A DNA stretch of 64,000 nucleotides from a virus. Lineage: Duplodnaviria; Caudoviricetes. Below the pieces are notes generated by a model. It did no database searches, was not told the origin of the DNA, and worked only from the letters and a program-made list of their open reading frames with translations. The DNA is taken from positions 1-64,000 of IMG/VR virus record IMGVR_UViG_3300028591_000073. One strand, 5' to 3'. Positions 50,101-56,028 of the stretch are shown here, piece after piece (position 1 is the first letter of the stretch; each line of letters begins with the position of its first letter). The position numbers and the translations under genes were made by a program.

Positions 50101-50967
50101 TTCACAGCATACAAATGGAGTGAAATTGGTAAAGAAGGTGTACAACCTGGAGATATACTGGTTTATGATGGACATGGTGAAGTCGGTTATGGAATGATCG
50201 ATGGCCGTTTAAAAGGTTGGAACTATGGGTATACTGATGGTATCTTAAACACACAAAAAATCGCAGAACGTATGTTAAATGGTGAAGCATCTGCTGAAGT
50301 TATGAAAGATGGGGAAAATTTGGGAGGAAACTATACTTACGTCATCCGCCCATCTGGACCATTATCTGTATCTGCAGCAACTGGTGGTACCAGCGGTACT
50401 GGATTGGCATTAAGTGGATATCAAGTTGGTAAACATCCAACTGCAGTAAACTGGGCAGCTAAGACATATGGCTATACAGGCATTGCACGTAACAGTGGCC
50501 AAGGAAAAGGATTCTCCAACTATGCATTTGGATCTATTGGTGGTATTGCAAACTATGTAGATGCATCACAGTATGCTGGATTGAGTAGTGTTGTAAACAA
50601 TGCCATTACTGGTAGCGGTGATGAGATACCGATTCCACCAATTGATCAAAGCAAAATCATGCAAACTGTTGGTACAAATGATCTATCCAATCTAATGATT
50701 GATACAAACGAACTTCCGCAAGCATCTACTACGAATGTGATTGTCACAAAGTCTTCTAAAGCAGAAGATGAAATGATAGATCGTATGATGAATCATACGT
50801 ACAATGTTCGTGCGGAACAAGTGGAAATTCTGTTACAACAGATTCTGGATAAAATGGATAACTTATCAGGCAAACAACAAACCACAACTCCAAAACAAAC
50901 ACCACAGAATGCTTTCCCAGATAACAATATTCCAAAACAAATTCAACGTCTTGCAAAAGGTGTTTAA
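41173..50967 (+). CDS. Tape-measure-like protein / tail lysin with C39-like peptidase, M23 peptidase, lysozyme-like and NlpC/P60 domains
   Basis: 3264 aa with long helical and amphipathic repeat regions. GCGPVALA...HYINV...SNP (C39-like); HQGVD...YAHM...HLHY (M23); AGVMGNLSAES...YGIAQW...QLEF...FER (phage tail lysozyme); DCTG...PGDILVYDGHGE (NlpC/P60). Confidence 0.85.
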   Translation: MAKKGSSFIPNIPGQILYIGKEVAKDYFSDYTENITTFINDAKEVGDQLTQGKSKVVDIVADIKQNGGKKALDWFMQRSDESDEYGLLNGGNDSDFDAGFQVGDGDGEQESPSSKIADEESMKDIARGQVNAMYQIGAKQAEASMINAAEIVSHIDGRASEIVTSLNNMNKSIIGIGEKIDALGKLLQTQTQIEEEQMKAQNQSAIDSNGRVTLGSWFNQMRSNVKDAATNNIVAQMLSMGKDALTPAGIISMLLSDTKDKKTGRVGAAVGSGIDFLTELIGGKQTNFSEKFANNSLNTIGNSFNDIIGNAISNVLLGGNKKLNDALSKIPFFGDMLSGALNKGLTLKSGTVGDYKAEIKNEYTRDKAVFDGITRQSITEIIPGYLKIIAQSMTGVAWDHKNGHVTQHGSSRKSQDKILDAVDNSNISAMKNSDHDAVINKHAAYRASKTNIDDSELKDRWNKKQDELEAEATKNGGTYQRAAFDKDAEKQMRSEIQNERAQQIVAEIKMNTADFESAFKLAVLIVYKGDGIEVQSVDEFKKTFSWSAVKKKCLNIMKKSLEGANGAKKRENFNSWFNSLQIAIMNPSLGKNLFDDTSTIPGQFMNDVFNSLKAANEADMKRKNDDASMGRLSEDLTEADAIRYFEEGQSVRTAQTNNEQRRAKEREKYMQTEEYKERLEKFNKANESKFTRGTVEDPEKWLEEMVTKSMKKMEEYVKDEKTIEKSQREKAGIVREDIDATKISKTETVGISANFEKDLFGRLDGIINAINHLNVTNTTGGGNIPSILNNIYGRGDDKKEGDETSKEDEIISDTATKMAQTQAADGDLASDLPFLKRITSQMKNKGLGNKLSQMFTMWGTNMKNGIKDKVQGALNKSPLGSAISKYILPAIGVIGAWIKKKIGAAFRLIGQKVLTPALNLVKKGMKSGMDDVKKGWTQIWGTEEERAKRKEEREKRAEAKKAQRDERRAQKRAEKEAKALSKAAEKGTREGSEKGAKEGVKAGTNGGSGGGGFFSNIKNKFFKKKGDSEDGTTTSDPTIGAPASGKGGALGGVLRAVKGIGNILKGFGKMILTAIASLTAVKVIMDLVQKTLTTAVQPLNKAFKKLTGTIKKLLKAVGDSIKYVANLVVKLVESLMPVLNVLVDLVGELLGGIIGALDPILNVLTGLIDVLVGPINMILDLVMDVVGPILTSVGTIVESIGEVLTGVLTPILQAAGALISALMPILNPLLNLTTLAINWLVTDGPLGKFIDDATWLLTKVANVLGILAGGIQGAVGAIQMVLGKILEGIGTVIDLMPFTGSIGKKIKQAGIDMFGASEETFEGAQEQIDSSVGALTGKNKETKSDASASGLKADQSNAIATPIPSTGGSMDSINGSGDTYSEDQRYNPIETFGPFMEAIWNELNKMRTVQEETVEPSMENSNAYQEMMLGNVTKHINKQMMMASKVFIPMYASFKADVVPTLESIESLTKLSIGNDQAYYGQQLAADALQLIAAGSTAAGAALFQTSIGMSASGMAYQAEGITSKANQVSYLTTGQPFYISSLYPDATDTTTSSEIAEDNTSVANETSNDPTNTNTNTTVTIPTIPVTTTPVSGYRDYFGSGDSQGRYGSYLNMSQRGCGPVALADAANRRGGNVNAGALASSMASSGSYSSSRGTSVGGFIDTAASMGMGYQVGGVTSQSLNRATPNNPVTLVGSGAGFGTRSGNTHYINVVGTDHAGGAYVSNPLSGRVERRSANELASSSVVGLYGSGDVRGTHGTLYGLYGNGPTTTTTTLTNEEFANRSKAVYNYIKFDDSSTQYSGTKWWLNGAGAGNLTDSERDAINSLYSMYSAKMTTSSVGKYKWLANEWNAAYFNVQYLSNGKLAEKDYQTLIQKIKNWIRQNYVINTLNIPSSSSSNEQTSSVTNTTGSNIANTSDADSARLKWWSNMSADQRAEWVISTMQKQSSTLYNAVNANFQNELATYMQKNPNSTPPYPTLKKWIANHIKNININTVNWANLFKTMAGSYLKEYGLTSVATDIIEDSIDDATSSDYTGSTIAGTASTTITAAPGGSTGYISTEQKLSADSNSSVIPTIEGDSFSERIKNAMSGLTGIFSNILKMFSANEDSEVEESVNEAEEKRVEKVIREAVGNEEYEQYESQAYQLLVQNNPKYETETDDHYNARIKALWDNESTKRKYLNAVAKNNANIMNAMKVNGMMDASEGSMSSIYGEYDAETGTWSGGMLNAALGQGSSIVESSYNDPYAGKFVSDGGAVMWTDAYQPTIFDTNITEDGGVSQSQSPIHEFFLKTSGASESEYSFSKNNNWYTRRSDPDTSGTGSSGDSHQGVDILTYPASIMQAGKSELHAITGGKVIDVRYANEGNPNSPYNQGSDGGWGNSVQFEDAAGYFHRYAHMRDKPTVNVGDTITPGQLLGVIGTTGMSTGEHLHYQINPPGHGNEDGSWVNPLTYFKYHQPAASTGTVQGEIPFEGSLESGNVWDTYATRYADEWPAFIQKGAAAGMTPAEIATIISTGIWEDGAKKLVNTKSLTATTYDGSGQRAEGIMNWVESGVAGSTVEEQLKYIKDRYWRMTPMDGKTTSGTYRDDIVKGGGESVFKQTTGRAGFTLSPGDRYADKLNTDLIEGSTYFYQGDLQPPKVYTTKGLAENVGTAVGVYNWLLRNGYAVAPSSYETNAQTNYAENASQIGTGTGGPDAYSTYSNQDTNMGVIWNYLRNNLGYSEEASAGVMGNLSAESAYYPMAVYVQGGSDHSQPDSFNRDLVDKFDSTHSWPLGTNDPYGIAQWLSGRRTSMLSKATSDGKSIADLPMQLEFMKSELESSEKSAHSAMQNVGSVQAAADTWMNKFERCNGQAQSKRRERAQQAYDKFKGTNGGVVDVNGGQFDSTSTIPTDPKDSVWVNALNKVIHQTDLEGLHDYAQVEHTITLDGQTLHGRPDCTGMFKYAIDYLGYDTGNVQSSALVSASDKSNHPIKKDKEDSSDFTAYKWSEIGKEGVQPGDILVYDGHGEVGYGMIDGRLKGWNYGYTDGILNTQKIAERMLNGEASAEVMKDGENLGGNYTYVIRPSGPLSVSAATGGTSGTGLALSGYQVGKHPTAVNWAAKTYGYTGIARNSGQGKGFSNYAFGSIGGIANYVDASQYAGLSSVVNNAITGSGDEIPIPPIDQSKIMQTVGTNDLSNLMIDTNELPQASTTNVIVTKSSKAEDEMIDRMMNHTYNVRAEQVEILLQQILDKMDNLSGKQQTTTPKQTPQNAFPDNNIPKQIQRLAKGV

Positions 50968-50978
50968 TACACAAGAAA

Positions 50979-51006
50979 AACAACCGGGGCATATGCCCCG
51001 GTTGTT
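50979..51006. terminator. Perfect palindrome AACAACCGGGGCATATGCCCCGGTTGTT
   Basis: 28-bp palindrome between convergent genes; T-rich tail on the minus strand. Confidence 0.75.
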
Positions 51007-51016
51007 CATTGTGTGA

Positions 51017-51607
51017 TTAATATTCATCATCATACTCATTGCATCTCATTTTTGATTCCAGCTGCATGTCAATTGGAATTCCACCATCATCCATTTCTTT
51101 ATCAAGGTCTTTGATTAAATTGTAAATCCAATCAAACATTGCTTCATTGTTGAACCGCTTGATAGCTCTGTCATGTTTCATGATACTTTTATATTTTCTA
51201 CCATAATCGATGAAACAAATACTGTTGATAGTCGAAGCCAATTCTACTGGAGATGGACTTGTTTGCACATTCACGGATGGATTATTTACCAAATTTGATG
51301 TGTATCCGTTCGGAATACGATGGGATTGTTCTCGAGCTGATTGTGCTTTTTCACTTATTCCGATATATGCAACAGGTGTTCCATTTGCATATACCTGCGG
51401 AATGATACGCATGTCATATTCAAATGTTCTACCGCCAGTATTAAAGGTAGCACAGATATTAATCATGCTTGGAACACCTTTCACTGTCAATTTTAAATCC
51501 GGATAAGTCTCATATAATTTGTCAACCATTTTTGCCAATACATCATATGCGAATTCGATATCCGGAATCATCTGTTCTTTGAGCATCTTAAATACATTAT
51601 TTTCCAT
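51017..51607 (-). CDS. Hypothetical protein
   Basis: GGAGGT SD favours ATG 51607. Confidence 0.65.
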   Translation of the reverse strand: MENNVFKMLKEQMIPDIEFAYDVLAKMVDKLYETYPDLKLTVKGVPSMINICATFNTGGRTFEYDMRIIPQVYANGTPVAYIGISEKAQSAREQSHRIPNGYTSNLVNNPSVNVQTSPSPVELASTINSICFIDYGRKYKSIMKHDRAIKRFNNEAMFDWIYNLIKDLDKEMDDGGIPIDMQLESKMRCNEYDDEY

Positions 51608-51628
51608 GATAAAAACCTCCATAAAGTC

Positions 51629-51650
51629 ATCCCCCACATATGTGGGGGAT
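51629..51650. terminator. Perfect palindrome ATCCCCCACATATGTGGGGGAT
   Basis: 22 bp, downstream of the 51667-52107 stop codon. Confidence 0.7.
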
Positions 51651-51666
51651 ATTGTTGTGATACTGA

Positions 51667-52107
51667 TTAGTCTTTGAACTGTTTGTTGTTGCTCTTGATT
51701 TTGTATTCATCATGAGCAGCTACCTTGGATTCATATGGCTGACCTTTCTTGTCACCCATCTGAATGATACCTGTATTGACAGTTTCATACTTGTGAATGA
51801 GTTTGAGTGTTGCAGGTGCTGTATTCTTGTCTGGTGCGGGAAGATTCAGTGCACGGCCTGTTTCAGCCATGTACTTGGCAACTGCATTGGGAATCTGTTC
51901 GGCAATCGGTGTCACATCGAAGTCATTGATTTCATCGATGATACCGAGTTCTGCTTCACAGCTCGGATAATTTGCTTTCTTAATACCAGCTTTCAAAGTC
52001 TGGCGGAAAGCTTGCTGAAGTTCGGGAGTAGTTCCATTCACATTGTTGAATGCCTGGTTTCCCCATTCAGCGATGGCGGCTAACGAATGATTTGCTGTTG
52101 TAATCAT
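51667..52107 (-). CDS. Hypothetical protein, probable highly expressed early gene
   Basis: AGGAGGT SD, own candidate early promoter, 5' hairpin and terminator. Confidence 0.7.
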   Translation of the reverse strand: MITTANHSLAAIAEWGNQAFNNVNGTTPELQQAFRQTLKAGIKKANYPSCEAELGIIDEINDFDVTPIAEQIPNAVAKYMAETGRALNLPAPDKNTAPATLKLIHKYETVNTGIIQMGDKKGQPYESKVAAHDEYKIKSNNKQFKD

Positions 52108-52169
52108 AATAGATTACCTCCTGTAATAAAATAATTAATTTATGATTAGGATACATTGTATCTCTAATA

Positions 52170-52186
52170 CACTGTAATACTATATA
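52170..52186 (-). promoter_or_regulatory. Candidate early promoter TATATAGTATTACAGTG
   Basis: Aligns with the other two copies; followed by a hairpin at 52145-52168. Confidence 0.5.
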
Positions 52187-52203
52187 TGCCAAAATTATTT
52201 TAT

Positions 52204-52404
52204 TTATCCTGGCATAACACAATCAGCAACACCGACTGTATTGAGTAATTCGGATTCACTCATTTCCAATCCAGTTGCCATGTTAATCACAACCATTCCT
52301 TTTCTCAGGAACTTTAATACATCTTCCATGGATGCATTCATTGCATCTGCGATGTGGTTGTGATTGATATCTAGAATCTGAATGTTAAATGTCATAATAT
52401 TCAC
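52204..52404 (-). CDS. Small hypothetical protein (66 aa)
   Basis: Co-oriented ORF filling the gap; start uncertain. Confidence 0.55.
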   Translation of the reverse strand: MNIMTFNIQILDINHNHIADAMNASMEDVLKFLRKGMVVINMATGLEMSESELLNTVGVADCVMPG

Positions 52405-52416
52405 CTGCCTACGTTA

Positions 52417-52830
52417 TCATATTGACCTATCCAATATTGGAGTGAAGAAGTTTATTATCATACCATGTGTAATATCCAAACTATCAAATGGAATCGGTAG
52501 TATTTGTAGTATGGTATAATCATCTGTTATGATAAGCGAATGCTTTAATGGAAATTCAATTAAATCATGCAACATAGAAGAATACATGTTCTCTCGAGTA
52601 TCTGATTGATATACTTCATCAAATGGTTCATCAAATAATATGAAATCCGGATCATTGAATTCTTCAGCTGTCAATGACATTGTTGGGAATTTCCATTTGA
52701 ACAATTGTATGATGTGTGATGTAAATTGATTTAACACATCTTGGTCTAAGTGTAATGGAAGCCGTTTATAACTCAAGTAGTAGTAATATAACATCATTGC
52801 ACTTGTTTGTATTGCTTGATACAATATCAT
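52417..52830 (-). CDS. Hypothetical protein (137 aa)
   Basis: GAGGGGGTG SD-like sequence upstream. Confidence 0.6.
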   Translation of the reverse strand: MILYQAIQTSAMMLYYYYLSYKRLPLHLDQDVLNQFTSHIIQLFKWKFPTMSLTAEEFNDPDFILFDEPFDEVYQSDTRENMYSSMLHDLIEFPLKHSLIITDDYTILQILPIPFDSLDITHGMIINFFTPILDRSI

Positions 52831-52863
52831 TGTATCACCCCCTCAATTAAACAATATGTGTGT

Positions 52864-52927
52864 ACAAGAAAAGAAAAAAGCAGAGAGGTCAATATACGAT
52901 AATTCATATACTCACCTCCCTGCTTTT
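52864..52927 (-). terminator. Canonical intrinsic terminator after the 44-aa ORF
   Basis: Minus strand AAAAGCAGGGAGGT...ACCTCTCTGCTTTT followed by TTCTTTTCTT. Confidence 0.7.
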
Positions 52928-52936
52928 CGCAGGGTT

Positions 52937-53071
52937 TCAGGTATCGTTATTCATCGCCTTAATGGTGTCGATACCCATCTTCCAAATTTCTTCGCTGGTA
53001 TAAATATATCCAGCATTGGAATTATTTGAGTCATTGATTTCTACTTCTTCAATTTCATCGATTTCAAACAT
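52937..53071 (-). CDS. Small acidic protein, 44 aa (not in the ORF track)
   Basis: MFEIDEIEEVEINDSNNSNAGYIYTSEEIWKMGIDTIKAMNNDT; AAAGGAGG SD; has its own promoter, leader and terminator. Confidence 0.7.
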   Translation of the reverse strand: MFEIDEIEEVEINDSNNSNAGYIYTSEEIWKMGIDTIKAMNNDT

Positions 53072-53074
53072 AGT

Positions 53075-53126
53075 AATTCCTCCTTTGGAATATCGCTCGG
53101 TTTCTTAAGACATGAGCTGGTCTTAT
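53075..53126 (-). repeat. 52-bp exact inverted copy of the pseudoknot+SD leader at 4782-4833
   Basis: ATAAGACCAGCTCATGTCTTAAGAAACCGAGCGATATTCCAAAGGAGGAATT, 52/52 identical. Confidence 0.95.
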
Positions 53127-53153
53127 AATAATATTATTGATATATTTCTATAT

Positions 53154-53170
53154 CATATTAATTATATATA
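53154..53170 (-). promoter_or_regulatory. Candidate early promoter TATATATAATTAATATG
   Basis: 15/17 match to 4664-4680; upstream of the same leader. Confidence 0.55.
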
Positions 53171-53193
53171 GATACAAAATTAAAATAATAGAA

Positions 53194-53213
53194 GAGGGCC
53201 CATATGGGCCCTC
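53194..53213. terminator. Perfect palindrome GAGGGCCCATATGGGCCCTC
   Basis: Ends the minus-strand structural operon; followed on the minus strand by TTCTATTATTTT. Confidence 0.75.
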
Positions 53214-53226
53214 ACATTATATCATT

Positions 53227-54402
53227 TTAGAAATCGAGATCTCCCGTGTCAACCTTTGGTGGTTTGGGTTTCTCTTCCGTCGGTTTTTGTTCAGATGGGG
53301 AAGGTTCTGGCTTCGGCATTTCTTTTGGAACAGATGTTGTTGGCTTTGGAATAGAAGAAGTCGGACGTGTCGGTTCTGGTTTGGGAGCTGGTCTTGTATT
53401 CTCCTTTCTTTCAGAAGCCTTTCTTTCCGCTTCTTCTTTCATCTTCTGACGTTGTTCCATTCTTGCTTTATACATCTTTTCTTCCGCTTCTGCTTGTGCA
53501 CGAGAGTCATAATGCGCAAGCTTTGCTTGTAATGTTTTCATGGCAATGTTGTATTTCTTGAGGTTTCTCATATATCTACCTTCAATCGCTATATCTTTTC
53601 TTCCGGGAGAATTCTTATATTCTTCATAAGCTTCTTTTGTTGCATTATACATCTTCTGTGTATCTTCAAATCGATCTACCAAAGAATCATAACTTTTGGT
53701 CAAACGATGACTGATGAAGGAGATCGGATTCAATTCTTTTCGAGCACCGAAGATGAAATTGAAAATGTCACGGAAGAATGCGGTAATCGGTCCAAGTTCA
53801 TGTGCACGAGAGAATGTAGATAATGCAGTAACACCAGAGCCAATTGCGGAGAACAAAGCACCTTCCTGATGCATTTTGGGTTTGTTTCCATTTCTACGAA
53901 CAGCTTTGTTGTACTCTTCATCAACATTCTTATTGAATGCTTTAATGAAGGATTTTGTTAATGCACGTTGTTTTGCAGCTTGGTCAGGATGGTATACGAT
54001 ACCACTTTCTGTGGCTTCCGTTGCTGCATAGATACGTGACAAATCTCCCAATAACGTACGATAACCAAGTGTGAAGATTGTTGTAAATGCAGTATTCTGT
54101 TCATTCGGAGATTTCAGATATTCAGCAACCATCTTCTTGTACATGGGTTTGTGCAATGCATTAAACAGATTCTGGTAATCTGAAACATCTTGTTTTGGAA
54201 AACCTTTTAATGTGCTCAGATTTGCAACAGCAGATTCAATTCCATCATAGACAGGAGACTTGGTAATGTCTCCTGCCATCTTGTATTCGTCGGAACTTTT
54301 ATTCTTATAAATGTCATTTAATTCTTTCATCACATTTACAATTGCTTTTTGAATTTGATCATCTGACAGATTTCCTTTTAAATTGCTTTCAGGTTCTTTC
54401 AT
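53227..54402 (-). CDS. Probable virion head protein
   Basis: MHQE|GA site, then amphipathic ITAFFRDIFNFIFG, a coiled coil and a Pro-rich tail. Confidence 0.55.
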   Translation of the reverse strand: MKEPESNLKGNLSDDQIQKAIVNVMKELNDIYKNKSSDEYKMAGDITKSPVYDGIESAVANLSTLKGFPKQDVSDYQNLFNALHKPMYKKMVAEYLKSPNEQNTAFTTIFTLGYRTLLGDLSRIYAATEATESGIVYHPDQAAKQRALTKSFIKAFNKNVDEEYNKAVRRNGNKPKMHQEGALFSAIGSGVTALSTFSRAHELGPITAFFRDIFNFIFGARKELNPISFISHRLTKSYDSLVDRFEDTQKMYNATKEAYEEYKNSPGRKDIAIEGRYMRNLKKYNIAMKTLQAKLAHYDSRAQAEAEEKMYKARMEQRQKMKEEAERKASERKENTRPAPKPEPTRPTSSIPKPTTSVPKEMPKPEPSPSEQKPTEEKPKPPKVDTGDLDF

Positions 54403-54417
54403 AAATCAACCCTCCTA

Positions 54418-56028
54418 TTACTTAATCAATTTGAACAGGTCTCTTGTCTTAGAACCTGCAGTGGATAATTCAGCAAGTTGTTTTTCAACACTTGCGAGTG
54501 AGTGGATTTCCCAATCTTTATATAATTCAGGAATATAAAGTTTAATGGATTCTGCATCTTGGTCAATTACCACAAATGAAATGAGGAATAATTCATTACA
54601 CAATCTCTTTGCCAATGATGGTTTCAATACATCAAGTTTGGTTTGAGATTTAATATTTTCCACATCTCCATTTGTAATCATAATGGTTGCATTTGGAATC
54701 AGACCAGTTGTACCATTTCCAGATACAGATCCAGACACATTTGCATCACCTTTGGAATGTGCCAATTCATATAAACGACGATACCATTTCCGTTTTGGAT
54801 CCTTTGCATCAACAGCGGTTTGTTTTCTTTCTTTAATCTGGAATACGATATCTCTCATGAATTTCAATTCGCCAGCTTTCCATTTTGCACGACGAGCAAT
54901 TGCATTCATCTCTTTCAATGGGAACTTAACAACATCTGGCAAAGTAGATGGTTCAATCAAACGAGCATGACAGTGTACACCGATTACAAATTCACGTGGA
55001 TCATCTGGTTGACCTGGACGAGTAACCCTCATCTGAAGTTTCATCAATAAAGGTTTCATGGAATTCATCTTTCTCATGTCTTCCTCTTTCAATACTTCAG
55101 GAGAACGATTCATCATCTTCATACGATGTCCTTCTGTGTTCTCACGTTCATGTTTGTTGTAATTCTTCAAATCACGTGCAGCAATTTCAGCATCGGCAAC
55201 AGCTTTTTCGGAATCAGCTCTGTTCTTAAGACGACGACGGAATACGTCCCTGTTATACTGCTCAAAAGGAGTGTCCTGATGACGTCCAACAATGTTTCCA
55301 TGTGCATCATAATCCACACGATTTCCACGAGCATCTACATTTTGAATATCCTGACGGGCTTGTACGTTTCTTGCATTTGCAGCTGGAATAGGATTTTGAC
55401 CATTTCCTCCATTACCAGCTCCGGCACCTGCTCCGGCCCCGGCTCCTGCGCCAGCACCACCGCCTTCTTGGAAGAAGTCATCGAATTCAGATAATGCTTC
55501 ATAATTCATTTCTTGTAGAATACCTTCCGCATCTTCATCAGATACATCAATCATATCAAATACGAATTCTGCATCTTCCGTGTAGATTTCATTATGACAA
55601 GCATCATGTTGATATTCTGTGTCTGTTAATGCAACATATTCAACATACTTTGTGATGTTGGTATTGAACTTGGCTAATAGACCACCACATTCAACACTCT
55701 TTGCATCAACATATGGATTCTGAGATACCGCCATCTGTACATATGCCGCATACAATTGTTCCAATAACATTGTTGTTGCAGTCGCATAATCCAGAGGTAC
55801 ACTCTTGGAAATAAAAACTGGGAAATCAAAGGTGTTACGAGAAGCCATACCAATAATAGATTTGGTACTTTTCGCTTTCTTCACTCCCTTTTGAAATCTA
55901 CCAAGTGAAGATTTATATAAATCTTTTGTATTACCAATCGTATCCATGGTAGTCTCATAATCTTCATCACTCGGACCACCATTTCGTGATATCCAATCTT
56001 TGTATTCATCACGTGGCATATCAATCAT
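54418..56028 (-). CDS. Probable virion head protein
   Basis: FFQE|GG site followed by a (GA)n linker; two folded-looking halves. Confidence 0.55.
   Translation of the reverse strand: MIDMPRDEYKDWISRNGGPSDEDYETTMDTIGNTKDLYKSSLGRFQKGVKKAKSTKSIIGMASRNTFDFPVFISKSVPLDYATATTMLLEQLYAAYVQMAVSQNPYVDAKSVECGGLLAKFNTNITKYVEYVALTDTEYQHDACHNEIYTEDAEFVFDMIDVSDEDAEGILQEMNYEALSEFDDFFQEGGGAGAGAGAGAGAGAGNGGNGQNPIPAANARNVQARQDIQNVDARGNRVDYDAHGNIVGRHQDTPFEQYNRDVFRRRLKNRADSEKAVADAEIAARDLKNYNKHERENTEGHRMKMMNRSPEVLKEEDMRKMNSMKPLLMKLQMRVTRPGQPDDPREFVIGVHCHARLIEPSTLPDVVKFPLKEMNAIARRAKWKAGELKFMRDIVFQIKERKQTAVDAKDPKRKWYRRLYELAHSKGDANVSGSVSGNGTTGLIPNATIMITNGDVENIKSQTKLDVLKPSLAKRLCNELFLISFVVIDQDAESIKLYIPELYKDWEIHSLASVEKQLAELSTAGSKTRDLFKLIK

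Noticed and set aside
3165-53213. Palindromes or the 52-bp repeat as a CRISPR array, IS ends or att sites
   Set aside because: There is no regular repeat-spacer periodicity, and I saw no cas, transposase or integrase gene and no target duplications.
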